This document shows, piece after piece, positions 24,469-35,520 of a stretch of DNA of 64,000 bases (within the stretch, counting starts at the first letter, position 1; every line of letters starts with the position of its first letter). The translations under genes and the position numbers were made by a program. Under the pieces are notes generated by a model. The model was not told where the DNA came from, made no database searches, and was given only the letters and a program-made list of their open reading frames with translations. Origin of the DNA: Ginglymostoma cirratum (lineage: Eukaryota); NCBI GenBank assembly GCA_024137785.1, contig JAHRHZ010000102.1, positions 1 through 64,000 of the forward strand. The letters run 5' to 3'.

Positions 24469-25508
24469 AAAACGACCAGGAAGACCTTGCGACAAATGAG
24501 CCATTGCCACCAATTTGATCCCAGCCCTGAACCAGCTGAGACTCCCTCACAATGAAGCGCATTCCACGTTGCTCCTGGAATTCAAAAGAGCAAAGAGCTT
24601 CAAGAATATCTTCTCATTTTGTCTCCCTGCTCCTGAAATAGTTTATAAAGTTCGGGCTCACCGTTAATGTGAAGAAGTGCGGTCAGGCTGTGGTTTCCGC
24701 TCCTGTTGTTCGATAAAGATCACTGCAGCTGTTTGAGGTGAAAGGAAATGAATTACTGTCGGTTGGAAATATTTCTTTCCGAACTCATTGTCACTCTGCT
24801 GCAACAAGAGGAGCTGGAAACGCCTGCAAATTGCAAAATAAATTGGGTGTATATAGGTTAAGTGATAAAAGTTGAGTATAATATTATTAACACGGCGCTG
24901 TCACCAACTGAAAGAAGATGCTGCCAAGAGGGAGGCGGCTGTGTGTCCAAACCCCATGGTGAACAGTCGGTGTTTTCCTTTGCACACTAAGGGAGCCGAG
25001 CAGTCTCTCCAAGACAATGGGCACACCAAATCCCGAAACATTATCCTCGTGTAAAAGTGACAGCAAATTTGAAACCAATCAAAAACAAGACTTTGATCAA
25101 GCTGCATCGTCGCCAACAACCTCCATCCTCGCATCGACTCCAGGACGGATCCAGGACTTATTCTGGACTCTCTTTCAGGTACAACGAGAGAGGAAGGATC
25201 TGAGAGGGAAGAAACAACTGACGAGATTCCTCTATCCGGATATTGTTCGGTTAATTCAGACACCAAAACACAATATTTCTCCCAATTCGCCAAGAAAAGC
25301 ATCATGCATATCATTAATAGAAATATAGAATCCCCAGAGTTGCTTAACTCGAGGCCAGACACGAAAGTGCCTGTGGTTGTCATGCACTGCAAAGACACTT
25401 TGGGATCTCAGACAGACTTCGATTTTAAAATGAGCCGCGTTCACAAGATCTAGAAGATTTTCATGAAAAAAGGCATACAGGAAGAGAGTACACCGCTGCA
25501 GATAACAA

Positions 25509-25593
25509 TGGCTCGCCTGGGACTTGAAACCTCAGCCTTTCACCGGTGCCACAGTGACCCGAAGCGAGAATCATACCGCTCGACGAACGAGCC
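25509..25593 (-). pseudogene. tRNA-Pro(CGG)-derived with a 13-nt intron (25545-25557)
   Basis: GGCTCGTTCGTCGAGCGGTATGATTCTCGC TT CGG G [TCACTGTGGCACC] G GTGAAAGGCTGAGGTTTCAAGTCCCAGGCGAGCCA. Confidence 0.85.
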
Positions 25594-26379
25594 AGCTTCA
25601 GCTTTCATTTATCATCTCGGTGACACTCATGCAGTGATATTTTCCCAACCTCGGATATCGGAGACTGGGTTCAAGTTCCATCTGCTCAAGAGCTGTGTAA
25701 TAACATCTTTGAACAGGTTGATCATTTTTTTAAAAAATCCCAGTTCGGGCAGTGAAAGCAACAAACGAACAGTTTCTTCCCATTCTGTCTCCCTGTGCCC
25801 GGGCTGCTGCTCTTTGCTACTTTCCCCGACGACAGGGCTCTCTTCAATCGCAGATGGATTAAATCATTTCCCTCCACGGGCAGGCTGTGCTTGAGGATGA
25901 TATCCGTTTTACAGCTCCTTCTTCAACGCTGGAAGGGCGAAGAAGCAGAAGAGACAGAATCAGATGTCAGGAAATTATTAACAACGGTTGTGAACTTTCA
26001 TCAAATGGCATTAATCAGAGACAGAGAGAAGTATGCAAAGCTGCTAGAAAAGAGAGAAGTCTAAATTGGGGATTATTCCGTTTAGAAACTTAATATGGGA
26101 TCTTTCTGTGCAGTCTGTTTGATTTCAGGTTTCGACTTCACACAACAATCTTGCAGAAAAAAAAAATTACAAGCAGACATCGGTTTCTTTGCTACTACCC
26201 GGCAGCAGTTAATTTCTGACACCAATAGTCCCAGATTAAGAGAATTGGAGTGAAACACTTATTCATTGAGTTTAATCCACAACGGACTAGAGCTGCGGGG
26301 CTGCAAAGAGTTCAACATGGAAGGGAGAGTTAAAAATGAGCCATTGTTTCTTCCCCACTCGCCTACTCTGTCTCAGAGA

Positions 26380-26510
26380 CAGTGGGGAATGTCAGAAGTC
26401 AAATGACACCAGGTTATAGTCCAACAGGTTTATGTGAAATCACACGCTTTCACAGCGCTGCTCCTGCATCAGTTGAAGTGAAACTTTCCACCGGCATCTC
26501 CACGTCACAG
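26380..26510 (-). mobile_element. Short repeat of a second Penelope-terminus-like family with a degenerate hammerhead; similar copy at 61765-61890
   Basis: CTGATGCAGGAGCAGCGCTGTGAAAGCG..AAACCTGTTGGACTATAACCTGGTGT. Confidence 0.55.
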
Positions 26511-27653
26511 CGACAGGGAGAGTGACGTCATAAACCCATGGCGTCATTCCCGCGAAAGAAGAAGCCGTTCAGCCCATCGAGTCCACGGCGACTCTCTGTC
26601 CCTTGTATCTCTCTGAGGTTATTCACTTTCGCTGATGGCTGTCCTAATAATGGTGAACTGTGCCTGTGCCGTGACTTTTTCTCCGACATGATGATCCTCT
26701 TGTCATTCAGTACTTTTCATTTCACCGGGACGATGCTGCTGTCTGAAACAGGAGGGCGTCCTGCGCGTGGAACACACCTCAACCGATATGTTTCAAATTC
26801 AACAATTTACTCCTGCCATGTCAGAGAACAGCTTTAACAAATCAGGTCATTGGAGACCGACAGATAGCAGGAGAAGACCATTCAGACCTTCACAAGTTTC
26901 TCACCTCACCAGTGTAAACTTGGCCCGTATATCAATATGAGATATTTATTTCAGATGCATGGTGTTACGGGAAGCAGATCAAAATGCATCAAAATGATGA
27001 GGTCTGAATTTGATGAGATCGAGGCCAGTCTGAGATCCCTGGGCGTCTTTGCACTGAAGATATCGCACATGGGGAAGAAGGAAGCAAGATGGAAACAAAC
27101 TCTGCCCATAACCAACAGACATCGCCACCGTGGTGAAAAGTTCGATATAAATGCAACTTTCTGTATCTTCAATGTTCTAAAATCCCATCCCCCGTTTACT
27201 GATCCTGATCTGACTGTTTGCTTCATCCAGACACTAGCGCCATGAAATCTCTATTTAATGTTCTTTGCACTAAACAGAACAATCCCGGGCTTTGGGGTCT
27301 CTCCACAAATCTAAACTCCCTCAGCCTTGGGCATGATGAAGCTTGAGAATTGCGTCGCGAATTTGGGAACAAAATTCATATGATAGCTGGAAACATGGAA
27401 GTGAAACAAAACAGAAATCCAATCTGCAGCTACGTGAATCTTCCAAAACTTTTTGTAATCCAACTGGAAGAAAATGATATAATAATCTGTCAACGGAGAG
27501 AACCCGGTGCCAGGAGAATGGGCCAACAGAACCGTCCGAGGAGCAGGGAGATTGAGAAGAAAATATTCTTGAAACTTTTCTGCTGCTTTGAATTCCGAGA
27601 ACAATGTGAAATTTACCGCACTCTGTGTGGGGGCAGAGTGACGCTACGCAGGT

Positions 27654-27743
27654 GGCTCGTTGGTGTGGTGGTATGATCCTTGCTTAGGGTTATGCACGTT
27701 GTTGATATGCAAGAGGTTCCGGGGTCAAATCATGAACGAGCCT
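27654..27743 (+). pseudogene. tRNA-Pro(AGG)-derived with an 18-nt intron (27690-27707)
   Basis: GGCTCGTTGGTGTGGTGGTATGATCCTTGC TT AGG G [TTATGCACGTTGTTGATA] T GCAAGAGGTTCCGGGGTCAAATCATGAACGAGCCT; T-run downstream. Confidence 0.9.
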
Positions 27744-27989
27744 GTTTATTTATTTTCACTATCACTTTCGCAAAAAAACAAACTTCCTTCAATGAAGCCA
27801 GGCAATCCTACTCTGAATGAATCCGCAGATAGCAAGAACTGCAAATTGTAGAGTCAGAATCGTCACAGTGTGGTGCGAGAGGAACACTGTTGGTAAGACA
27901 GCATCAGAGTAGTAGGAAAGTTGATGCTTCGGGCCTGGACCAATCATCAGAGTGAATCCTGCAGCTGCATTATTTCTCAATTATATGCA

Positions 27990-28510
27990 TATGAACGTTG
28001 AGGAAGCTGGGACGGGAAGCAATTCGAGACAGCGCCGAACAAGTTCACGTGAATGGTGACGTGTGTGAGCAAAGTCAGCAATAGAGATTGGAAAGTTGAG
28101 ACAGTTTTGCTTGGAGAACGGAAAACTGGTTTGATTGAAGCTTCCCAAGTCATGAGGAGTATGAACAGCAAATAAGGGGCTGAAAATGCTCACACGCCTG
28201 AAAGGATCGAGAACGATTAGGCATAGATTTAAAGTCATGAGGGAAACATGTAAGACTGACAGGAGGAAGAGCGTTTTTTTACACAAGAAGTAATGAGGGT
28301 CGGACAATGACTGTCTGACTGCGACAGAGACAGATTCATTCGCCTAAAAACGGAATTCGTTGGTTATTGTTAAAAGTAACAATATGCAGAGTTACAGGGA
28401 GAAGACAAAAGAGACACACATTTACTCATTTTGGATAGCCGGCACAGCCGAGGCTGGCAGCAAGGCCTTCGGTTGCATTGTGACAAATTTTGTGATTCTG
28501 AATGGAATCA
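27990..28510 (+). mobile_element. CR1-like 3' fragment carried within the duplicated cassette (copies at about 30270-30910, and inverted at 22530-23150 and 63000-63400)
   Basis: Shared CACGCCTGAAAGGATCGAGAAC.ATTAGGCA.AGATTT. Confidence 0.7.
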
Positions 28511-28691
28511 GATTTCGACCAACAGAACATGGGAACTTAGACAACTGTTATATTTACACAGCCGCGACACGTCTGTGCAACAGAATAATACACAACAACA
28601 GTGAAGATCTCTTGACATCATTCTTGAAGGTGCATTCCACACACCAGATGTAAAGCTGAATCCTTGACGAAGCATACCCTCAGTGCCCGAT

Positions 28692-28763
28692 AGCAAAGTG
28701 GTGTAATGGGAGCATGCTGGGCCCTCAACCCTTGGGTGGAGGAATCAAAACCATTCTGTCCTA
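28692..28763 (+). pseudogene. Initiator tRNA-Met-derived, anticodon mutated
   Basis: AGCAAAGTGGTGTAATGGGAGCATGCTGGGCCCTCAACCC...GAATCAAAACCATTCTGTCCTA; iMet-type GATCGAAACC T-loop relic. Confidence 0.8.
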
Positions 28764-29947
28764 TTTGCATCATGTGCATCGCGTTTTGTTCTGTGCTTTG
28801 ATCAATTTTCCGCTTCCCATAATTTCATGTGTGTGAAATTAAATATCTCATATTGATACACGGGCCAAGTTTAGACAGGTGAGGTTACACGCTTGTGAAG
28901 GTCTGAAAGGTCTCCTGCTATTCTCTGTCGGTCTCCTCTGAACTGAATTGTAAATCCTTTTCTCTGAGAAAGGAATAAACTGGGCAAGTTGAAACACATC
29001 AGTTACACATTTTTCCATGCTCTGCAGTAATTCCCCACGCCATTTCAGGTGTTAATTTTTAGAAGATCAGCATGTCGGAGACAGTATCACGGCACAGACA
29101 CTACTATTAGGGCCAGATATCACCGATTGTGAAAAAACCTCATAGAGTTACAAACGACAGAGAGTCGCCGTGCACTCGATGGGCTGAACGGCTTATTTCT
29201 GCACGTGAATGACACCACGGGTTTATGACGTCACTCTCCCTGTCTCTGTGACGGAGCGGGTGAGGGAGAAACAATGGCTCATTATTAACCCTCCCTTCCG
29301 CGTTGTACTGTCTGCAGCTGCGTAGCTCAGGGCCATTGGGCATGTCTCTCAGTGCGTGAGTGTTTCACTTGGATTCTCTTAATCTGGGACTGTTGGCGTT
29401 AGAAATTAACTCCTGCTCCGGAAGCAACAAAGAAACCAACACCCGAGTTGCAAAAGACTGTCTGCGGGATTACTGTTCGAAGACGAATTCTGAACATCAA
29501 ACAGGCTGCACAAGAAAATAACTTATTTTAATTTAGCCGAGGGAAGAGTCTCCTGTGTCCATTTCTCTCTTTCCCGCTAGCTCACCATCTTTCTATCTCT
29601 CGGATAACAGATGTTGAGAGAGAGTTCACAATTTGATAATTTCCTGCGTATCCGTGTAACTGACTCACCCACCCCAAGTGACTGAGAGGGTGGAGAAGAT
29701 CGAAAGGGCACTGCCCTCCCACAGCACTGCTTGCAGGCAGAAAAACAATGGTTTAGTAATCAGCCAAATGAGATTCACCCGGTCCTGATGAAATGGACAA
29801 ACAGCACCGTCCCACAGCAGAAAGACAGAATAAGAAGATTATGTTCTGGAAACTGTTTGCTCCTTGGAATTCCTGAAGCAGTATGGAATATATGTCACAC
29901 AAAGAGAATCTCAGCTGTCTGAGGAGTCGACTGTTTGGCCTGCAGGT

Positions 29948-30037
29948 GGCTCGCTGATCCAGTGTTATGATTCTTGCTTTGGGTCTCACAGCATTTAGAA
30001 GTGCCAGAGGGCCCTGTTTCATATCTCACACAACCAC
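29948..30037 (+). pseudogene. tRNA-Pro(UGG)-derived with an 18-nt intron (29984-30001)
   Basis: GGCTCGCTGATCCAGTGTTATGATTCTTGC TT TGG G [TCTCACAGCATTTAGAAG] T GCCAGAGG; 3' end degenerate. Confidence 0.8.
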
Positions 30038-31064
30038 ACTTGTTTTGTCAAAATATCCAATTAATTATCTCAAAAAGCTGCTTCGTGAAATGAGGTTGAA
30101 CTGCTTGACTTTGGGATAAAGTAGAAGTACCTTTGCATCGAACCCGGCAAAGGGGTACACTTGTTCAAACGAAGAACAAGAGTTTTAGGATGTTCATACG
30201 GCAATTCGACTCTGGACGAATCCTCCGGCTAACATAGTGCTCAATTCTGAGTGCGAAACTTCAGAAAGCAGGAACGTGAAATGATTGGAGGTAGCGCTGA
30301 AAAGGATCGTGCGAATGGTGGTCAAAGAGGAGACTGGAAGAATACAACAGGCCAGGCTGCATCAAAACAATTATTTCTGGACAAGGTGCTGTGAGTATAG
30401 AGGATCGAAGTTAGGTACAAATTTTGAAGGTTTAAAATGCACCTGTCTGTCAGAAATGAAGATGGATTGGAAGTTGAGACAGTTCTCCTTGGGGAACAGC
30501 AGGCTAAAAGGTGGTCCGATTGAAGCATCACAAGTCACTCGGGGTCTAGACAGTGGAAATAAAGGCGTGAAAGTGCTACCACACCACGCCTGAAAGGATC
30601 GAGAACAATTAGGCAGAGATTTGAAGGCATTAGAAAAAGAAGTAAAAGTGACATGAGGAAGAGCGTTTTCACACAAGGAGTGGTTCGGGTCGGTAAATCA
30701 CGATCTGACAGCGACAGGGACAGATTCAATCAACACAAAATGGAATTGGATTCTTATGTTAAAAGTGCCTGTGCAGATGTTACAGGGAGAAGGCAAAAGA
30801 TCGATACTAAAAGAGATAATCTTTTGCTTATTGTGGAGACGCAGCAGAGCTGAGGTAGGGTGCGTGTCCTCCGTCTGAGCTGTGACAGGTTTTGTGATTC
30901 TGAGTGAAATCATAGGTCGACGAATAGAATGTGGGAACTTAGACAGAGGTTAAAGTTACACAGCTGTGACACATCTGTGTAACAAAACAACAGTGAAGAA
31001 CTTTTGACATCATACTCGAATGGAAATGCTGCAGTACAGATGAAAAGCTGAAGACTGGCCTGAG

Positions 31065-31141
31065 AGCATTGTGGGTCAAGGTAGCAGAAGCGTGCTGGGC
31101 CTATAACCCGGAGGCTGATTGATCAAAACCATCCTCGGCTA
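31065..31141 (+). pseudogene. Initiator tRNA-Met-derived
   Basis: ..GTAGCAGAAGCGTGCTGGGCCTATAACCCGGAGGCTGATTGATCAAAACCATCCTCGGCTA; anticodon reads TAT, insertion near the 5' end. Confidence 0.85.
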
Positions 31142-32399
31142 TTTCTTATGTGTGAGTGTTGCGGTTTGTAGTTGCCTGTGCTGCACATTTTAATCAGCTG
31201 TCTGCTTCCCGCAGCTTCATGTAACTGAAATACATATGTCATGTTGGTTCACTGGCCAAGATCAGACAGATGAGCTAATACACTTTGTGAAAGTCTGAAC
31301 GGTCTTCCCCTGTTCTCAGTCAGTCTGCTCCGAACTGAGTCGTAAAACTTCCTCTCTGAGATGGGAATAAACCAGTGAAGTGGTAATACATTACCCGCAT
31401 TTTTTTTTTCGTGCCTGGCAGTAACTCGCCACGCTGTTTCAGACGTGATTGAGAAAAGGATCAGGATATCGGAGACTGCAGCATGGCACAGATACAGTTC
31501 ACCATTACGAGGGACAGATATACCGATTGTGAATAACTACTGAGAAATACAAGAGGCAGAGAGTCGCTGTGGACTCTATGGGCAGAATGGCTTCTTTCTG
31601 CACGGGAATGATGCCATGGGTTTATGACGCCGCTCTCCCTCTCTCTGTGAGTGAGCGGGTGAGGGAGAAACAATGGCTCATTATTAACCCTCCCTTCAAC
31701 GTTGTACTGTCTGCAGCCCCGCAGCTCAGGGCCCTTGGGGATGAATCTCGTTGCGTGAGTATTTAACTCAGATTCACTTAACGCGGGACTGTTTGTGTCA
31801 GACGTTAACTCCTGCTGTGGTGGTCACAAACAAACGGACGTCCTGTGTGCAGACAAATTCTGAACATCAAACAGGCTGCACAGAAAGATCGCATTTTAAG
31901 TTGCTGAAGAGACTAATCTCTAGTTTCGATTTCTACCTTTCCCAACAGCTCTCCATCCTTCTGTCTGCCTCTGATAAATGTGATTTGATGAAAGTTCCAA
32001 ATCGCCGTTTACAATTTGCTGCACAAGTCTGATTCCACCCCTTCTGCTCTTCCTTCTTCTTTTGTTTGAGAGACAGCGACAAAGTGTATACCATTCCTCA
32101 GCACTGCCTGCCTATGGAGAAAAATGGTTTAATCCCTCTGACAATGGAGAGAGTTCTGTCCCAGGGGAAGGAACAAATAGCTCAGTCCAAGGGACAGGGA
32201 GACAGCACGAGAAGAAGATGCTCGTTGCTGCGTTCATTGAAGCAACGGGGAATAGAATTTTACAAGCATCATGTTCAGGCATGTTATTGCATACCTCTGC
32301 AGCAGATAGAACTTGAACTCTGTCTCCGACATCCAGCTAGGGACACGATCACTGCCTGAGTGGCACCTCATTTATTGTTAAGTGGGCCATCCGTAGACT

Positions 32400-32484
32400 G
32401 CGTCATTGGTCTTGTGGTCTGATTCTCACATCAAGTGGTCGTTCGCAATGTGAGAAGTTGCTGGCTTGAATCCTGCATGAGCCG
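32400..32484 (+). pseudogene. tRNA-Pro-derived (paralog of the CGG copy) with a 13-nt intron (32436-32448)
   Basis: GCGTCATTGGTCTTGTGGTCTGATTCTCAC AT CAA G [TGGTCGTTCGCAA] T GTGAGAAGTTGCTGGCTTGAATCCTGCATGAGCCG; flank 32270-32380 mirrors 25600-25720. Confidence 0.7.
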
Positions 32485-32907
32485 TTGTTGCCTCTGACGT
32501 TTTTATAAATGTCTGGGAGAGCATGGGTGTGGTTCTTGATGAAATTGATTTCAGTCTCTGTTCCCGAAGGGTGTTTGCTGCGAATTATCACATGCATCCA
32601 CTTCACCTGACGAAGGTTTAGGGTTAGTCACAGTCTGAAATTACGTTTCGTTTCATTGTTTGGTAAACTCGCGCAGTAACTGCATAAAACGACGGCAAGT
32701 CTCAGTGGAGAGAGAGGTGACAGTGAATCAGACATCTGAGGATAAATGTGTTTCTTTTGCAAGTGAAATTTACTGCTTCCCAAAGTGTGGTCCATTGAAC
32801 TGAAGTAGTGATAGAGATTAGATTTGCTGGTCCTCACCTCGTGAATCACAGTTCCATGTTGGTCCCTGTCAGCATCACAATTCGACAAGAAGCTTCGAGC
32901 ACACTGT

Positions 32908-32980
32908 GGCCCTGGGGCGTAATGGATAACACGTCTGACTTCGGATTTGAAGATCGCTGGCTCGAGTTCTGCCTGACTCA
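32908..32980 (+). pseudogene. tRNA-Arg-derived (ACG-type body, anticodon reads TCG)
   Basis: GGCCCTGGGGCGTAATGGATAACACGTCTGACTTCGGATTTGAAGATCGCTGGCTCGAGTTCTGCCTGACTCA. Confidence 0.8.
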
Positions 32981-33650
32981 AGGGCAGCTGATTGCTTTCC
33001 TGCGCTTGCAAGTTGATACGTTCTTCCAATGTAGGAATTTGTGCCCAGCGGTTTTGTTGTCAGATTCCGAAGAGCTGAAGTGATTGGGAAATGAAATGTT
33101 GCGCATGATTGGCATTTGGGACACTTTCAGCTCACTGTCCACTTAATTTTCAAGCTCACAACAACAGTTCTCATTTCCTGGAGAACTTGCTCGTGGTCCA
33201 AGTAAAGCTGTCTTTTTTCGGGGAAAGGTGTGGGGACAAAGAGTGAACGTGAAGCAGCTGGAGCAGGTGTCAACCTGAGGCCTCTGTCTCCCTCGTGGAT
33301 GTGTCTGTGTGTATCCCCCTGTGGCTAAACATGAGGATGAGTTCCATAAGTGGGCTGTAACACAGTTTTACTGTCACGAAAACTCAGTCCCGTTTGTAGA
33401 TTACAGGGATATTCTCATTGATGTTTGCCCTTGATACGTCAGAACGCGCAACACGGTGGGCCAAATGCTGGCAACTGAGATCACAATAGACAGATGCCTG
33501 ATGACACGCACCGACTCGATGGGCCACATAGTCTTTTTCCACGCTAGAAAAACTCGAATACAGGGAGAAACTGACCTGTCACCAAAAGGAGCAAAAATGG
33601 AAAGGCAAAAACCATGTCGCTGAGAAATGATACAAGCATCTCCAGCGCGT

Positions 33651-33722
33651 TCCCTGGTTGTCAAGTGTTCCGGATTTGGCGCTTTTTGAACCACGGCCCT
33701 GGTTTGAACTATCGAGTGGTAG
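33651..33722 (+). pseudogene. tRNA-Glu-derived, degenerate
   Basis: TCCCTGGTTGTCAAGTGTTCCGGATTTGGCGCTTTT..CCACGGCCCTGGTTTGAAC; upstream 250 bp paralogous to 36290-36520. Confidence 0.6.
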
Positions 33723-34396
33723 ATTTGCTGACTCATTGTACTTTTAGTCATTAACTGGCATCACTGGCTCAGCAGCATTTCTTCAATCAACCGTATTGCT
33801 GTGGGTCTGGAGTCACATGTCGGCCAGACCAGGTAAGGGTGGCAGTTTCCTTCCTTAAAGGACATTAATGAAACGGATGAGTTCTTCCGCCAATCGATTG
33901 CATGGATTGCATCGCCTCCCCTGTGAGGAGAAGGAAAGGGGCTGTGAGGTAACTTATTGTGTCCCAAATGATATTCAAGCTGACATGAAACAAAGAACTG
34001 CGAATGCTGGAAATCTGAAACAAAAACAGGAATTTATAGAGAAACCCAGCAGGCCTGGTAGCATCTGTGGAGAGAAAGAGAGGTAACCTTGGAACTGGGT
34101 TAGTTATGCACTTCAATAATGTAATGTTAGGCGAAATGATCAGCATTATCAGTCAAATCAGCATATTTATCAAAAACTTCTCTCTTTGATTAGACTACAA
34201 TTGTTAATTGTTACAGTTCACAAAACAGCAACAAACAAAACTGCCAATTGGGTTAAGCTCAGGCACCTGGAGCAGGAGCAGAGGAATAATAATGCATTGA
34301 GAATAAACGCAAGAAGCAAGCCAACTGTACCTTCAAAAATCACACAACAAGCACTATTTGCCGAAACTGAGAAAACATACCCGCAAACTGAGCCAT

Positions 34397-34470
34397 AGAC
34401 ACCGCTCGAACTCGAACCCAGGATCTTCTGTTCACTGAGCAGGCGCTTTAACCAACTGAGCCACAGTGCC
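34397..34470 (-). pseudogene. tRNA-Thr(AGU)-derived, relatively well preserved
   Basis: GGCACTGTGGCTCAGTTGGTTAAAGCGCCTGCTCAGTGAACAGAAGATCCTGGGTTCGAGTTCGAGCGGTGTCT. Confidence 0.85.
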
Positions 34471-35289
34471 ACAAGGTAGAAACCCACTCCATTCCACATG
34501 TTCATGTACTTCAACGCTTGATCACAAACGGTTTTTCATTTCAATCTCAATGTTATTCAGTGAGAATTTAAGTCAAACATCGCTTTTGTAAAGACGGACA
34601 GTTCACAGCTGAACATTTCCAGTGAAAATGCACGGAAAGAGACAAACTCCTCTTACACTGCTTTAAACCGATATTTTCACAATTTAAACTGGCAGGGTAA
34701 AGAGGATGTGTTCATCCTCTCTCATCCCATTAACCATGTTAATACACACAGATGAAACCTCGCAAACTGCATTCAGTTCTTTTCTCCCTGCTCGAGGAAA
34801 GTTGAAAAGGTTTAGAAAAGGTTTACAAAGAAGTTGTCAGGGTTGCAGCAGTTGAACTGGTAGGAGAGGCTGAATAAACTCGGGCTATTTACACTGGAGT
34901 GTTGGAGGCTGATGGGTGACCTTTTAGGAGTTAATAAAATCATGAGGGGCAGTGATAGAGTCTTTTTTTCCCCAGGGTAGGGGAGTCAAAACTTGAGGTT
35001 TTCGGTTTTATGTTTGATGGTAAAGCTTTTAAAGGGGAGTAGGATGCAGTATTTTGACAGGCAGGACGGTTTGTGTATGGAATAAACTGACACAGGAAAT
35101 GGTGGAGGCTGTTGCAAATACAGCATTTAAAAGGCATCTCGATCTACATGTATAGGAAGGGTTCAGCAGGATATTGGCCAAATGTTGGCAAACAGGACCA
35201 GATTCAGTTTGAATATCTGGTTGGCATGGACGAGTTGGACCAAAGGCTCTGTTTCTGTGCTGAATATCTCTGTGACACTAGAATTGCCT

Positions 35290-35520
35290 TATGTGTACAA
35301 AGGGTTCACTCAAACATCCTACCTGCTGACAAACTAGCGAGATCACACAGGAGAAGTCGATCAAATGTTCCAAGTGTTGGAAGAGATCCAGCCAGTCTTC
35401 CAGTCTGCTCTCACACCAGTGAATTCGCACGGGAAAGAAACCATACATTTGTTCTGAGTGGGCGAAAAGAATCAATCAATCATCCCACTTGCTGAGACAT
35501 CTTGACAGCCACACAGATGA
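35290..35520 (+). pseudogene. C2H2 zinc-finger remnant (inverted paralog of 3760-3990)
   Basis: CACCAGTGAATTCGCACGGGAAAGAAACCATACATTTGTTCTGAGTG = HQ*I.TGKKPYICSE. Confidence 0.65.

Noticed and set aside
26990-27070. Expected minus-strand iMet relic, or a 5S-like fragment, at the end of the inverted cassette
   Set aside because: Similarity is limited to a few short words and cannot be supported by eye.
28692-32980. Anticodon-switched tRNAs (iMet with CTC or TAT, Pro with CAA, Arg ACG-body with TCG) as recoding tRNAs
   Set aside because: Each copy also has broken stems or B-boxes, so the anticodon changes fit neutral decay.
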